From Octopus sinensis (lineage: Eukaryota), in assembly GCF_006345805.1 (NCBI RefSeq), contig NC_043017.1, positions 2,604,001 to 2,668,000 of the forward strand: a DNA stretch of 64,000 nt, written 5' to 3'. Made by a program: the position numbers and the translations under genes. This document shows, in pieces, positions 51,031 to 64,000 of the stretch. Position 1 is the first letter of the stretch, and each line of letters opens with the position of its first letter. Under the pieces are notes generated by a model. The model made no database searches. It saw only the letters and a list, made by a program, of their open reading frames with translations, and was not told the DNA's origin.

Positions 51031-51869
51031 TCTATGTGTATATATATGTACCTACACATGTATGTGAGTGTATATATATATCTCATTAGTTCTATTCACT
51101 CCCACTACTCCTCTCATTATTGCACAACTGAATCCTAATTTCTGTTGTTTTCCTCCTCTTCTTCCTTTTTGCGATTTTAGCGCCATCTTTTGTTTTCAAA
51201 TCAAACTTTGCTTTTCTTTATAATTATTTTACATTTATTTGTCTTCCTAATTTCAAGCTTTAATTAATTGACTCTCAGGATTCCTCAATTATTGTTACTA
51301 TTGTTTTCTTTTTATTTTCAACAAGTTTTATCTGTACCCATCTCTTTTATCCTCTCTCTCTCTCTCTCTCTCTCTCTCATTCTCTCTCTCTTTCTCCCTT
51401 TCTCTAACCTTCTCTCTCTCCCTTTGTCTTTGTTCTATCATTTTCTGCATCTCCTCCACTCCTTCCTCTCCCTATAGTTATTTGAAGATCAACAGTGTGT
51501 GTGTGTGTGATGATAGATAGAAGTGATGAATTCTATTAGAGGGGTGGGGTGCTTAATCAGGAGCAGTGAGTACATGCAGCTGCTGCTGCTGTTTAGGAAA
51601 TGGTAAGTCTTGCAGCAGAACATTTCTATATCTGTGAATGGAATAGAATTTAAGAATATCCTTCCTAGTTGTACATCCTAGTTTTTACCATATTCTTGCA
51701 TAATCTGACGGCTAAAAGGTTTGGCTTCGCGATGGTCATCAAACTAAATTGATGCTTGAAGATGTCTCATCTAACCCATGACAGCTTGGAAAAGCAGATA
51801 TGAAAAGCAATGATGGAAGCATTTTGCAGCTACTCATTAAGGTGGGATTCCAAGGTAGATTCGGTTTTA

Positions 51870-52222
51870 ATACATGGTTCCCAGTTTTGGTCCCACAGTG
51901 TAGCACCTTGGGCAAGTGTCTTTTACTATATCCTTGGGCCAACCAAAGCCTTGTCAGTGGATTTGTACACAGAAACTTAATGAAGCCCATAATATATGTA
52001 TATATTTATGTGCGTGTGCCTGTGCTTGTCCCACTCCCCCCATCCCCACTTCACAACCTGTGTTGGCATGTTTACGTCCCCATAACTTAGCAGTCTGACA
52101 AAAGAGATAGAATAAATACTAGGCTTGCAAAGAAAAATCCTGGGGTCGATTTCTTCAGTTAAAACCCTTTAAAGCAGTGCTCCAGCATGGCCACAGTCAA
52201 ATGACTAAAACAAGTAAAAGAA
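51870..52222 (+). mobile_element. SINE family A, 5'-truncated
   Basis: CACCTTGGGCAAGTGTC core to GACTAAAACAAGTAAAAG tail. Confidence 0.85.
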
Positions 52223-52973
52223 TTGCTTTTTCTTACAAAGACCAGGACAAGCTGATTTGCTAGAAATAGCTGTTGAATTTCCTGCATTTAACTAAAGCTG
52301 AGTGAGAGAGATTTGGTTGCTATTTCTAACAGAACAAGTCTTTAGGCAAAAGGCCTGAAAGGTTTGGAGAAGGGACCAGTCGATTAGATCGACCCTGGTA
52401 CACAATTGGTACTTAATTTATTGACCCTAAAAGGATGAAAGGCAAAGTCGACCTTGGTGGAATTTGAACTCAGAACATAAAGACCAGTGAAACACTGCCA
52501 AGCATTTCGCCTGGGGTGCTAACATTTCTGCCAGCTCATAGAGACTTCCTGTTTGGTGATTGTCTCTTATAAAGCCAGTTAGTTTCTGTGTTTTTTGGGG
52601 GTTTTTTTTTTTTTTGTATCTCCTTGAAACAGAACTGCTGGTTGTTATAGGGGGCAGGGTCTTTCACTTTTGGAAAGGTGGGGATGATGGGAGCCCAGCC
52701 TGCTTGCTACTCCTGCTCATGATCTGCCAGGGGATAATGAGATAATTCATTGGGAAAAGTAAAGATGTTTTATTGTGTGATTCCTTTCCTTTCATGTCAT
52801 GTCTGTAAAAGTTAGGGTCAAGAGGTCATCCTGGCTGACACATTTCCCATTAACTTAATAACAATAATGATAATGCTGATGATGATAATATTTCTTCATG
52901 GGCCACAATGGCCAAACACAAAACAAATAGGGATGATACAGTGCAAGGAACAAGTGGGGTGTTGAACAATTCC

Positions 52974-53150
52974 AACCACATGGTCTCAGGTTCTTTCCCA
53001 CTGCGTAGCACCTTGGGCAAGTGTCTTCTACTGTAGCTTCGGGCCGTCCAAAGTCTTGTGAGTAGAAGACTCTTGCCCAAGGTGCCAAGCAGTGGGACTG
53101 AACCTGGAACCATGTTCGTTAGCAAGCTACTAACCACACAGCCACTCCTG
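52974..53150. mobile_element. Two SINE A heads in inverted orientation (fold-back)
   Basis: 52974-53032 is complementary to 53061-53120 across a 28-nt spacer. Confidence 0.85.
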
Positions 53151-53191
53151 TCCTTATATATATTATATTATATATATATATTATTATATAT

Positions 53192-53257
<66 letters not shown>

Positions 53258-54024
53258 CACACACACACAACACACACACACACATATGTATATATATTGT
53301 TCAGATATGCATCTGATGTATTTTCTTGTTGGAAATAAGAAAAGAAAAGAAAAGGGTGGTGCGTGGGGGTGCTTCCTTGTAATTTTATTTATTGAGGTCA
53401 AAAGTAGGTAACCAATTTCAGCTCAGCCTTCTAGATAGTCCCCTACCCCTGGTACCCCTTGTGATTCTTCTGTCTGCTGGTATAATTGGGATTCACTGTA
53501 CTTTAATGTGAGGGGACAGTTTGAAAAGAGAAAAACTCACAGTCAAAAAATGTTGACACTTTTGTCCTTGTGTAGACACATCATGTCTCCTCCTCCTCCT
53601 CAGCTTATCCTCTTCATTTCACCTTCTTTGTCTTCCCTGTCATTCACTCTGTCCATGCTCTTCTCTTTCTCTATCCTCCACCCCCTCCCACCGCTCCCAT
53701 ACTCAACAGAACACTGACATAATAACATGGCTACTTAATTTAAGTTGTTGCTAATTCTGGCTTTATACTCATGGCTGACACCTTGCTAGCAACCCCCGCC
53801 CACACATATCACAGGTGTTTTTTCTTTCCTGGTCTACACAGTAGACACTGAACCATTGATACATACATACATACAAATATAGGAACAATTTATCTTTTTA
53901 TAACTGTTTATGAGAACAGTTTCTTTTTTCATTATTTAACAGACTCTTAAATGGTCACCATTGTTTTGTTGTGAACTTCTTAGCAGAATTCTGAACTCAG
54001 AAAGTAAAGATTCAGTAGAAATAT

Positions 54025-54056
<32 letters not shown>

Positions 54057-54220
54057 TTAGCGTCCGCTTTCCATGCTAGCATGGGTTGGACAGTTCAACT
54101 GGGGTCTGTGAAGCTGGAAGGCTTCGTCAGGCCCAGTCAGATCTGGCAGTGTTTCTACGGCTGGATGCCCTTCCTAACGCCAACCACTCCGTGAGTGTAG
54201 TGGGTGTTTTTTACGTGCCT
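54025..54220 (-). mobile_element. Family D retroposon 3' end
   Basis: (CAT)n followed by TTTAGCGTCCGCTTTCCATGCTAGCATGGG...GGATGCCCTTCCTAACGCC. Confidence 0.85.
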
Positions 54221-54685
54221 TTTCAGTCATTTGACTAAGGCCATGCTGGAGCACCGCCTTTAGTCAAGCAATTCGACCCCGGCACTTGTCCTTTCTAAGC
54301 CTAGTACTTATTCTGTCGGACTCTTTTGCTGAACCGCTAAGATATGTGAAAATTTTGCAGCTTTATTAAAAGCATATTACTCCACCTTCGGTATCTGGGA
54401 ATGTTTTGCCATTTTGTTTTGCATTTATGTGCTTACTTGTGTGTGTGTGTGTGTGTGTGTGTGTTTGTTCATAAGGCCTCAGTACTTAAAAACAAAGGAG
54501 TTCACTGTGACTTGAAGTTCCACCTGTTACAGAAATCATTTCATGTTTGAGCAAACCTTTGAGACAAGCAAGACTCAAAGACACAGCCAATGTTTTATGA
54601 ATAAAAGTCTTGGAATCTGCTTCTGGTCCTTAAAAAAAGGCTTTCAGTATATAGTTGGTTTCATTCTCAATTCTAGTTTAGGGCT

Positions 54686-55110
54686 TAAAGGTGGTGGACT
54701 GGCAGAAACGCTAAAACCAGGTGAAATGCTTAGTGGTATTTCGTTTGTCTTAATGTTCTGAGTTCAAATTCTGCCAAGGTCGACTTTGCTTTTTTTACCT
54801 TTCAGGGTGGATAAATTAAGTACCAGTTGGGTACTGGGGTCAATGTAATCAACTTAAGTCTGTCCTTGTTTGTCCCTTCTGTGATTAGCCCCTTGTGCGC
54901 AATAAAGAAATAAGAAACGTTAACACACCGGGCAAAATACGTAGCAGTATTTCGTCTGTCTTTATATCCTGAGTTCAAATTCTGCCGAAGTCGACCTTGC
55001 CTTTCATCCATTCGGGGTCGATAAATTAAGTACCAGTTGTGTACTGGCATCGATCTAATCGACTGTCCCCTCCCCCAAAAATTTCGGGCCTTGTGCCTAA
55101 AGCAGAAAAG
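54686..55110 (+). mobile_element. SINE family B dimer with 15-bp TSD
   Basis: AATTCTAGTTTAGGG at 54669-54683 and 55111-55125 flanks both units. Confidence 0.88.
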
Positions 55111-55264
55111 AATTCTAGTTTAGGGTTTAGCAGTCGGGTATCAAGTCCTACTTTGAGTTACTGCAGGGTCCAATCTAGTTTTGTGTTCAATTAAGATTGT
55201 TGAAATCAAGATAACTAATTAGTTTATATATTTGATTTGATTTAGTACAATGCGAACACACACA

Positions 55265-55307
<43 letters not shown>

Positions 55308-56435
55308 ACATCTCATTTAGTCTAATCTTGACATACATTCATCATCCTTGGCATATAAATAAATATGCTACATACATATGTTTGTCATGTGTACACGTGT
55401 GTGTGTGAGTAGAAACATAGCAAGAACACACACACAGGCACACATGTATAAATGCATAGACATTACTATATTTTGCTTATTATATCACGATGTGAGTACA
55501 CTACCTTTATTTCTCCTCCTCCTCCTCCTCTCTCTCTCTCTCTCTCTCTCTCTCCACACACACACACAAGTACAGACTAAAACTGGTTGCCTTTGTTCAC
55601 TATTTTGACTTCTTTCACTAAGATGTCTGGCTGTTTTGAATGTCAGTGAAGAAGGCAAATATCAGAAGGCTTTGGTGATGATGGTAGTAGCGGCAGTGGA
55701 CTGATGGAATGGCTGTGCTAAAAGAGAAACAGAGAGAGAGCGAGAGAGAGAGAGAGAGGGGGGGGTGTCAGATGGTGATGGTGAGATGCATAGACAGTGA
55801 TGGGTGTTGTTGTAATAATTAAATAGCTTGTTTACATGAAAGAAATGGAAGCAGTCTTTCAGAAAGCAGATATGATTTAAAGAAGGGAGCCTCTGCTTTT
55901 TCACTGAATGAGTTAACTCTGCTGGAAAACCCATCAACATTCTTTGGTGTGTGCTGATAAAGAATCATTTGTTGGTAATTAGTGTTAGATTTCTTCAGTT
56001 CTGTCTATTAGAATTTCTCTCTTGGCCTTTTTGTTGCTTTCCACAATATTCCATGATATTCTGACATACATACAGTTGTTTGCTGGAACACTTGAGGTCA
56101 CACTCACACACACACATGTATAAATTCAAAATGGGACAAGAACACAAAACATTGAAATACAAAAAACAGGGATGGGTCATTTGAAGCCTCTAATCTTCAG
56201 TCAAGAACCGGATCATCCTCGCAATTTCAGCTGATATATATTATATATATCATTTATTATATTATAGAATGATTTTCGTCATTTATTCCCTTGTACCTGC
56301 GTGGTTTGTTTTCAAGTGCTTTGGTTTTTCTGGGAACTTCCCTTTAAAGTAGAAGGAATAGCTAAGATTTTTTGACTGCTATTTCTCAACTTCAGTGTGT
56401 GGTGAAGCAAATCGTTGCTGAACCCTAATTATATA

Positions 56436-56850
<415 letters not shown>

Positions 56851-57221
56851 GGTCATACTGGAGAACTACTTTAAAGGGGGTTTTTTTAGTGAAGAAATTG
56901 ACCCCCAAGACTTATTCTTTGGAAGAAAAAAAGAAAGTATGTTAGGAGCAGAGGGTTAAGTGTTAGTAGGAAGATGGGGTGGGGGTGGGGAAATCCCAGC
57001 TGCAATGTGTTTGTTTCACTCTTTCTGGGTTGGATGGGGTGGTGGTGGTTGGAGGGGGTGTTTGTAATATATCTTTTGTTGAGCCTGGTACATATTCCAT
57101 CATTGGTTTAGTTTTGCTGTACTGCTAAGTCACAAGAATGTAAACAAACCACCAACAGTTGTGAAGAGCTGCTGGTGTTGATCAAACACATACACACATA
57201 AATACATATATATATATATAT

Positions 57222-57440
57222 TCATCATCATCATTGTTTAACGTCCATTTTCCATGCTGGCAGGGGTTGGACGGTTCAACTGGAGTCTGGGAAGCCAGGA
57301 GGCTGCACCAGGCCCCAATCTAATCTGGCAGTGTTTCTACAGCTGGATGCCCTTCCTAATGCCAACCACTCCAAGAGTGTAGTGGGTGGTTTTTTACGTG
57401 CCACTGGCACACTGCCCAGGGGAGCTGGCAATGACCACCA
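57222..57440 (-). mobile_element. Family D retroposon 3' end nested in a SINE A
   Basis: Same core as 54025-54220; SINE A pieces lie on both sides. Confidence 0.8.
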
Positions 57441-58633
57441 GCACATACTTCCCAGGCTTCTTTCAGTTTCTATCTACCAAATGCACTGACAAGGCTATAG
57501 TAGGTACCACGCAGTGGGACTGAACCCGGAACCAGGCTCATACTTTATTTAAACACTTTTTAAAGACCCCCTCATGTAGAATCTACTTAAAATAGTAAGA
57601 AGTTGTTTTCTCTTTTCTTTTCTTTTTAATATAATTCTATTTACAATGTAGGCAACTAATTAAATTATTAATTAATTATATGTGAATAATGTAGTAGTTT
57701 GAGTTACTTCTGTATAATTGTAAATGACTTAGATGGCTAAACATGTTCCTAGCAACCAGATGCAATTTTTGTTGATCTATCCGAAAGCCAGGCTAAAGTA
57801 AGCTTTCATTGGTAATTTGAGAGCAAGTGGAAAGCACTCTGTTTTATTTTATTCAGTATATCATGTTGTTTAGTAAATAAGGTTAACTGGATAATTGAAT
57901 AAAAGAAAAAGAAAAAAGGTGTGGTGGGTGCCAGATGGTAAGAGAGAGAATTAGAATCACCTTTCTTTTACCATCTAGATTGATTGAGCGTCCCTGGGAA
58001 GGAACAGTGAAGTCTGAAGTGAATCATTAGATGTCTAGTTATCAAAATAACTCCCACAGAGTGTATAATAGTATTTTTTCATTTGTTTCTTTGCATAAAC
58101 ATGCACACACACATACACACGACATATATACATTTGAATAGAAATGCTAAATTATATGTAATTCATATGGATGTATATATAAATTACATACATACATATA
58201 TGCATATATATACGCACATATACACACATATATAAAATATATGTTTATTTGTATTGATGTGTAATAGAACATTTGTTAAAACTTGTCCTTCCCATATTTT
58301 CTTTTTCGTGCGCTCATTGCCGTCTTTATTTCTATGTACCAGAGTCTCAAATTCCCAATTGGTGGAGCTCATTCTGTTTGTATATATAATGCGAAGAATG
58401 TTGTAGAATTTGTCGTATTCTTGTTGATTCAACATAAAGCTGATCAAGTCAGCGAACATTGGATCATCCTGTCTTGTTCCGAGTTCAGGTCCCGCCAAGG
58501 TTGACTTTGCCTTTCATATTTTCTGGGTCTGTAAATTAAGTACCAGTGAAGCACTGGGGTTGCTGTCATCGACTATCCCCCTCCCTACAAATTCCAGGCC
58601 TTGTGCTTATAGTAGAAAGGATTATTATTATTA

Positions 58634-58666
<33 letters not shown>

Positions 58667-58669
58667 CAT

Positions 58670-58863
58670 GGAAGGTGGCAAGCTGGCAGAAACGTTAGCA
58701 CACCATGCAAAATGCTTTGCGGGTTCAGTCCCACTGCGTTGCACCCTTGGGCAAGTGTCTTCTACTATGGCCTCGGGAAAACCAAAGCCTTGTGAGTGGA
58801 TTTAGTTGACGAAAACTGAAAGAAGCCCATCGTATATATAATATATATATATATATAATATAT

Positions 58864-58947
<84 letters not shown>

Positions 58948-59172
58948 TGTATATGTTTGTGTGTCTGTGTTTGTTCCCCCAACATTGCTTGACAACCGAT
59001 GCTGGTGTGTTTACGTCCCTTGTAACTTAGCAGTTTGGCAAAAAGAGACCGATAGAATAAATACTACTAGGCTTACAGAGAATAAGTCTTGGGGTCGATT
59101 TGCTTGACTAAAGGTGGTGCTCCAGCATGGCCGCAGTCAAACGACTGAAACAACTGAAACAAGTAAAAGAGT
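58670..59172 (+). mobile_element. Chimeric SINE: family B head joined to family A body
   Basis: GGTGGCAAGCTGGCAGAAACGTTAGCAC...AAATGCTTTGC|GGGTTCAGTCCCACTGCG, then a complete A body and tail. Confidence 0.8.
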
Positions 59173-59451
59173 ATCGCTCCATGTCTCTCAGCTTTAAGGC
59201 TTTAGAAAGTATCCCTCATAACTTGGTAATCTAATTAGCCATCTCTCTTTCATCTCTTCAACTTAATTCTTATCAGTACAGCAAAGCTTCGTCTTCTAAT
59301 CTTTCCATCCTTGTTTTAATTTCTTTATTTATTCATTTCTTCTTTTTTTTCTTGATTTTAAAATTTTATTTTATTATTTTATTGGTTATTTAAAACAAAC
59401 ATATTCACACACACACACACACATTCCAGCTAAGAATACTAAAAAGGCTTT

Positions 59452-59502
<51 letters not shown>

Positions 59503-60139
59503 TTCAGTCCCTCTTTCTCTCTTTGTTCACTCTTTCACTCTCTCCCTTCTTTTCCATTTACTCTCTTTGTGACTCACTCTTCTTTCTTAGTCTCTCACTC
59601 AACCTCTCTCTCTCTCTCACTCAACCTCTCTCTCTCTCTCACTCACCTCTCCCTTTCTCCTACCTCCTCCCCTATCTCATTCTGTCAATTTGACAACCCT
59701 CAAATATCTTGTCCTCACTGCTTTCTTCACAATAATCCCAGAGAAAATATTAATTGGTTTATTTAACCTGAATTTAACCAAAACCAGAAATTTTAGATTC
59801 TTTCTCTCCTCACTAAAATTCTTCCTTTGTTTATTTTTCTCTTTCTTTTTTCCTTTTTTTTTTCTTTATTTCTCTGTAGTTAAGATTTACCCCAACTCAA
59901 GGCTGCAAAAATAGATTTGTGAAGCTGTGAGGTTCATGCCTTTTCTAAAAGCCAAGTAAACGGATCTTGATTGATGAGAACGGCTATTGGCGTTTAGCCC
60001 TTGGTCAGTGCTGGTTGGACTGACCCTTATGTCTTAAGCGTTCCATCTGTGACCTCTATGATCTTTTTGTATATCTATAACAACATCAACCAGTGTGTCC
60101 TTCATTTTAAAACAGATTTGGCTGCTATTACTAGTAATC

Positions 60140-60415
60140 AAAGGGGTCCACGTAACAAAATAGTAAATTGGGGACCAACAAAAATATTTTAAGGGCCCCT
60201 GGAGAAATTTTACCTTATTGATATGTATTGCAAGAAGCAGCTAAGTTTCTTTCTCTAACATTTTACATAGTTCAACCTACACAAATTAATGGAAAGCAAA
60301 GTAGGAATTTTGAAAGAATTTTCAAAAAATTAATTTCTAAATGTTTAAGAAGTTATTTTGTATGATTCCTATTGTTTTTAAACTTCAAATGGCTATAGGG
60401 GTCCACCAGAATTAA
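60140..60415. mobile_element. Internal part of a probable hAT-type non-autonomous element
   Basis: Repeated AGGGGTCCAC subterminal-like motifs; related end fragments near 17830, 31995 and 37555; termini not seen. Confidence 0.4.
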
Positions 60416-61261
60416 GAATTTGTTGTTTTGGATTTAACTGCAATATATTGGTTATGCTTCTACAAAACATAAACAAACCAACACCGGCTCAAGTAGAAAA
60501 GATTGTTGTTATTATTATAGCAGTGAACTAACTGGCAGAATTGTTACCATGCCAGGCAATCTGAGTTCAAATCTGAGTTACCATGCCTTACAAATCTTGA
60601 GTTCAAATTCCGCTGAGGTCGACTTTGACTCACATCCTTTTGGGGTTGATAAATTAAGTACCAGTTGACTACTGTGGTCACTCCGATCCACTTATTCCCT
60701 TTGCTGGAATTGCTAACGTTGTGCCAACATTCGAAATTATTTTGTTAGTTTGACGGATGCAATTTGTATCTGTTGTGTATGTGCTTACAGCTGCAAGAAT
60801 CAATGAAGGCCATCGCCTTAGGTGCTTGTGTTTTGTTATGTGTGTGTATAAGATGCTGATTCCGTCTGTCTCTGCTTCCAAACGAAGATGTTGCTGATGA
60901 CATATCTTAACGCTTAATAGGAAAACTCTTGCCTCAGTCTGAACTAATTAATCTCCTCCATTGAAAAATCAGTTTTCAATTTGGGAACACTGAAGCAGCA
61001 ATGGACAATTCATTTTCTCTGACCTCCAGGGTATAATGATGGGGCAGCTGGTAGTAGGGTGGGTGGTAGCTGGAGTAAAAAAGAAAAAAAACAGGAAAAC
61101 GAAAGACAGAAAAGAAACAAATAAAAAGCACGCCCCACCCTGTCAAGAAAATCTTTAATTACAAAAAAAAACAAAAAGCTAGGTGACAGCTCTGACTTAA
61201 AATTTCAATTTTGAAGGTTTATGTATCTATTTAATAATTCATCTGAGGTGTGTGTGTCTTG

Positions 61262-61652
61262 TGTTTCAGTCACTAGACTATGGCCATGCTGGAGTACCAA
61301 CTTGAATTTTTAGGTAAAGGAATCAACCCTAGTACTTGCTTTTTTTTTTTTTAAGCCTTGTGCTTATTCTATTAATCTCTTCTGCCGAACCGCTATGTTA
61401 CAGGGATGTAAACAAACCAACACTGGTTGTCAAGCTATGGTGGTGGACAAACACAAAGACACGTGCATGCTCACACACACACACACTCAAGACAGGCTTT
61501 TTTCAGTTTTTCATTGACCAAATTCACTCACGAGGCTTTTGTTGGCCGAGTGCTATAGTATAAGACACTTGCCTGAGGTGCTACACGGTGGGACTGAACC
61601 CCGAACCATGTGGTTGGGAAATAATTTCTTATCAGAGAGCCACACCTGTGCC
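61262..61652 (-). mobile_element. SINE family A
   Basis: Tail to head on the minus strand. Confidence 0.82.
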
Positions 61653-61811
61653 TATGGTCATATATTTATTTATTTATTTAACCATTCATCTGATGTGTGT
61701 GTATGTTTCTGCCTTTGTTGGCTTTTAGCCTCAAGCAAACACTTTGATTAACCATGGCCACCTCCCCTTTTATACAAAGATCTATGCCTATGTTATATTT
61801 GTGTCCTTTAA

Positions 61812-62013
61812 CCCTTTCATTACCGTATTTCTGTTCAGATGCTCTGGGATTCTTTCAATTATTTTAGTACAATAACTTAGTTATCATTCAGCTAGTGTTA
61901 GGAACATAAATTGTGACTAAGGTTTGGTGGAAGATTTTAATTCAAAACTTATGGAAACAAGACATTGGTACTTAGAGCGATGGGTGGTTTCAGCCGGGTT
62001 GGTAACGAAAGGG
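61812..62013. mobile_element. piggyBac-type MITE (202 bp)
   Basis: TTAA TSD at 61808-61811 and 62014-62017; 13-bp TIRs CCCTTTCATTACC / GGTAACGAAAGGG (12/13). Confidence 0.88.
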
Positions 62014-63415
62014 TTAAGAATTGTTTCTCTGTTATATATTTTAACCTTGTCCAATTCACATCAGCTTGGAAAACAGGCATTAAATGATGATGATGATAGT
62101 GATGGTGATCTTCATCATGTCCACAGACATTTTGACTCTAAGTTGTACCGAGGAAGCGCATTTTTTTTTTGTTGTTGTTGTTTTTGTTTTGTTTTGTTTT
62201 CTGCCAACTGAACAACACTTACCAAATCTGCAAAACAAGAAAAAAAGTAAAAAGGTCCTGGTAAGCAGTGATTCCATAATCATGCGTTCTTTCAGTACGG
62301 TTTGGTTCGTAGGAGCTCGGCTCAAGACGGAAGATGGAGCCTGTCTATGTTTGTATTTTATAATAACCATATCAATTAAAATAAAACAAAACACACACAC
62401 ACACAAAGACAAAAAAACGAAAACCTATTAATTTATCAACAAGTAGCATCTAACATTAATTTACCATGGGTGTGTGTATGTGTGTGTGTGTGTAGATGGG
62501 GGGTGGGATAGGAAAGTAGTGAAGCTTAGACCTGCTGAGATTTGAACACTGTTTATTAGGGTGGTGATGATGATGATAGTGGTGGGGGGTGGGGGTAAAC
62601 ACAGAACTGTGTGTGCATTATGGAGAGTCTAAGGTTGTTTACTGTGGAGTATGGGAAAGACAGGACTGCTGTGTGCATTATGAAAACCAACTTTAATAGT
62701 GTGCAAATAAGCATTCTCCTTTTCTTTTTTTTTATCATTTGTGTGCATAGTTTGGTGTAGTTTTCTGTATTCGTTTATGGATGTGTATGTGTGTATATTC
62801 GTGTATGTATAAATATATATATACACACAAACACACATGCATCTACACAAGTACGTACACACTGTGTGTTTGTGGCCTGGGTGGGTTGTTCGGTAGAGCT
62901 ATATGTAATTAGTGGAAAACATTTTCACTCTGCTTTTGTTGGATTTGGCTATGTAGTTAATTAAAAAGTGTATGATATAATGACATAGCTATCTAGCTAT
63001 AACTAGTTAGAAAGAAAGGAAGGAAGGAGAGAAGGAAGGAACAGATAACTAGTTATAATTCTCTCTCTCATTCTCTCTCTCTCTCTGTGCCCCATGCTTC
63101 TTCCTTCGTCGCCTCTCCCTCTTTCTTTCTCTCTCTCTCTCTCTCTAATGTTGTTCCTCAGAAGATTGGTCAAAGACTGCTGGAAAGAAAGAAAGAAAGA
63201 AAGAGGCAGAAAAAGGTAGTGACAGCAGTGTGTGTGTGGGGGGTGGTGGATGTTGGTTGGGGGGGGGGTGAGGTGAAGCGCTGGCGGAGGTAGCGAAACA
63301 GCTCATTAACTATTCTAGATTTGAAATCTATTTCACTCTGAGAGAGAGGGAGAGAGAGAAGATTCCTTCTATCCCCAAGTTATCTTTTAATGAGTTGCTG
63401 TCTCTAGAAACACTG

Positions 63416-63447
<32 letters not shown>

Positions 63448-64000
63448 ATACAATGTAATACACACACACACATTTACATACACACACAGGCATAAAGAAT
63501 AAAGAAAACAAAAGGGAAAAACTAGCCAATTAACTTAAAAATAATAGGTTAGAAGTAAGAGTTCAGACATAGGTCTTTTGGTGCACCATTTGAGGGGGGG
63601 GGCTGGGTCTTAATAACAGCCTCTACCTCTCTTTCTCTCCCCCTCCTCACTCTCTCTCTCTCTCCTTTTTCTGTATCTTTTTTTCTCTTTTCTTTATTTC
63701 TCTCCCTTAATTTCCTTAAGCTTCTCTCTCTGTCTTTCTCTGTTTCTCCTCTCACTCTCTTTCTTTCACTCATTGTCACCCATCACTCGTTCTCTCTCTC
63801 TCTCTCTTACTCCTACTCTCACTCCACTTCTACTCACACTCATAGCCATTCCTTCCCTTTAACTGCATTCATTCCCCCTTTTCTGGCTACAGCTACCCAT
63901 TCTAATCAAAATGTAAGGTGCATCCATACACGTGTGTGTGTGTGTGTGTGTGTTGTTCCAGTCTTTGGACTGTGGCAATGCTGGAGCAATGTCTTGTGGA

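Noticed and set aside
62240-62380. GC-richer segment that looks like a coding exon
   Set aside because: No consistent acceptor/donor pair and no recognisable peptide in any frame

Overview
AT-rich eukaryotic genomic DNA dominated by microsatellites ((TA)n, (CA)n, (GA)n, (ATT)n) and several tRNA-derived SINE families. The repeat repertoire matches my recollection of octopus (coleoid cephalopod) genomes; this is an inference, not a database result. I find no intact protein-coding gene: the supplied ORFs are microsatellite or SINE read-throughs. The window looks like a very large intron or regulatory desert. Well-supported items are a Merlin-type MITE with an 8-bp TSD plus a second truncated copy, a non-autonomous Helitron nested in a SINE tail, a piggyBac-type MITE, the decayed 3' end of a HERO/NeSL-type REL-endonuclease retrotransposon, a dispersed 28S rRNA fragment, a 387-bp near-identical tandem duplication, a 29-bp minisatellite and several fold-back palindromes. 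The best lead is a tRNA-headed SINE whose tail carries a Penelope-type minimal hammerhead ribozyme motif, present as a head-to-head inverted pair at 15.5-15.95 kb. Other leads are a 104-nt CpG-rich hairpin and a candidate recursive splice site. SINE family letters A-E are my own labels, only representative copies are listed, and SINE boundaries are approximate.
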